From: Eledone cirrhosa
Lineage: Eukaryota
Reading direction: 5' to 3'
Assembly: GCA_964016885.1 (NCBI GenBank)
Contig: OZ024750.1
Location: 29,388,001-29,452,000, forward strand
DNA: 64,000 nucleotides
The stretch's first letter is position 1, and every line of letters begins with the position of its first letter. The notes beneath the pieces were generated by a model. The model was not told the DNA's origin, ran no database searches, and worked only from the letters and a program-made list of their open reading frames with translations. Both the position numbers and the translations under genes were made by a program. Of the stretch, positions 63,094 to 64,000 are shown one piece after another.

Positions 63094-63968
63094 GGTGCGG
63101 ACAATATCTGTTCGCAAGATTACTGTCCAGGAAAAAATATTTTTTAAGATATATTTATCAAACTTGGGTCAGTTTGTCTTCATGACTTGTTCTTTCAATC
63201 TCACTCGATAAACCCGCCATTGGCTTTGATGAAGGCCTCAAGGCGGCCTTGGAACCGGCTACAGGCCTTCATCACTGTCCCCTGACTTAGGCCCCTAAAG
63301 GCACTTGTGATCCTTGCCTTCAGATTGTCTTTTGTATTGCAGCTAGATCTGTTGGCGTCTCGTTCCACTGCGCCCCACACAAAGAAGTCGCGGAGGCTGC
63401 AGTCAGGCGAGCTGGGAGGCCAGATGTCAGGTGAAGTGTGGTTGACGAAGTTCTCTGACAGACAGGCTTGGGTCTTTTGGCTGGTATGGCAGGGCACTGA
63501 GTCTTGCTGCCACACGTACGGCCTACCTGCAGCTACCTGGTCGATCCAGGGCTTTACTATCTTGCTCAGAACGCGGATGTAGCCATCGGTGTTCAGCTTG
63601 AGGCCCTCAGGGAAGAAGTGAGGTGGCATGACGTCACCTTGACTGCTGACGACACACAAGACCAATGTTATCGCTGAAAACTTTGTCTGCATGACTCTGG
63701 GCACATCTTTGGATTAGACAGCGAGCCACCTGTTGTTCTGGGAGTTGATCTTCTGGTCTTATTTGTCCTCCCAGCACGGACTCCAAGAAGAACTCCGTGT
63801 TTCTTCCACAAATTTGAAGGTTCAAAATTATTCATAATCAATTATTCTGAAAATAAATAATGGAAATATAGTCACTGTTTTTATGAAGACAAGTGTGACA
63901 ACGGAAGTAAAAAAAATTTGCATAAAATTAGCAGTTGAAAATTGCGAACAAATATCGTCCGCACCCTA
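63091..63968 (-). mobile_element. Internally deleted Tc1/mariner DD37D (maT-type) element
   Basis: Imperfect TIRs CAGGGTGCGGACAATATCTGTTCGCAA / TTGCGAACAAATATCGTCCGCACCCT in TA context; N-terminal transposase part missing. Confidence 0.9.
63201..63704 (-). pseudogene. C-terminal DD37D transposase fragment
   Basis: WQQDSVPCHTS...WPPSSPDCSLRDFFVW, with 37 residues between the second and third catalytic Asp. Confidence 0.9.
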
Positions 63969-64000
63969 TATATATATATAACACAGTAAAGAGAGAAGGG

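Overview
Repeat-dense, AT-rich animal genomic DNA, most likely an octopus (inferred from tRNA-derived SINEs resembling the octopus OK/OR1/OR2 families, abundant (TA)n/(CA)n tracts and RTE LINE debris). Almost all ORFs in the supplied track are microsatellite or minisatellite artefacts. One host gene is suggested: a minus-strand first coding exon (MIPEFELWIK|GT, 38925-38954) resembling a CLIC chloride channel N-terminus. It has a promoter-like segment at about 39.2 kb, and no exon 2 was found, so positions 1-38924 are probably its first intron. Mobile DNA includes a full-length decayed mariner, a deleted DD37D Tc1/mariner element, hAT and piggyBac-type MITEs, Helitron-like pieces, RTE, R4, CR1/Jockey-like and Penelope remnants, and many SINEs. 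There is also a probably decayed tRNA-Asn(GTT) and more than 12 minisatellites, several born from TE fragments. The most striking signal is a set of unrelated short, ORF-less elements embedded in (TA)n tracts that carry minimal type I hammerhead ribozymes. Seven complete motifs from four families were found, including a U3-A8 core variant and an extended stem II variant, plus several half motifs. Two elements are near-perfect head-to-head palindromes with a ribozyme on each strand, and several share a TGAG-centred motif about 40-60 nt before the (TA)n junction. They are best read as Penelope-like pLTR derivatives. All structures were read by eye; nothing was computed or searched.
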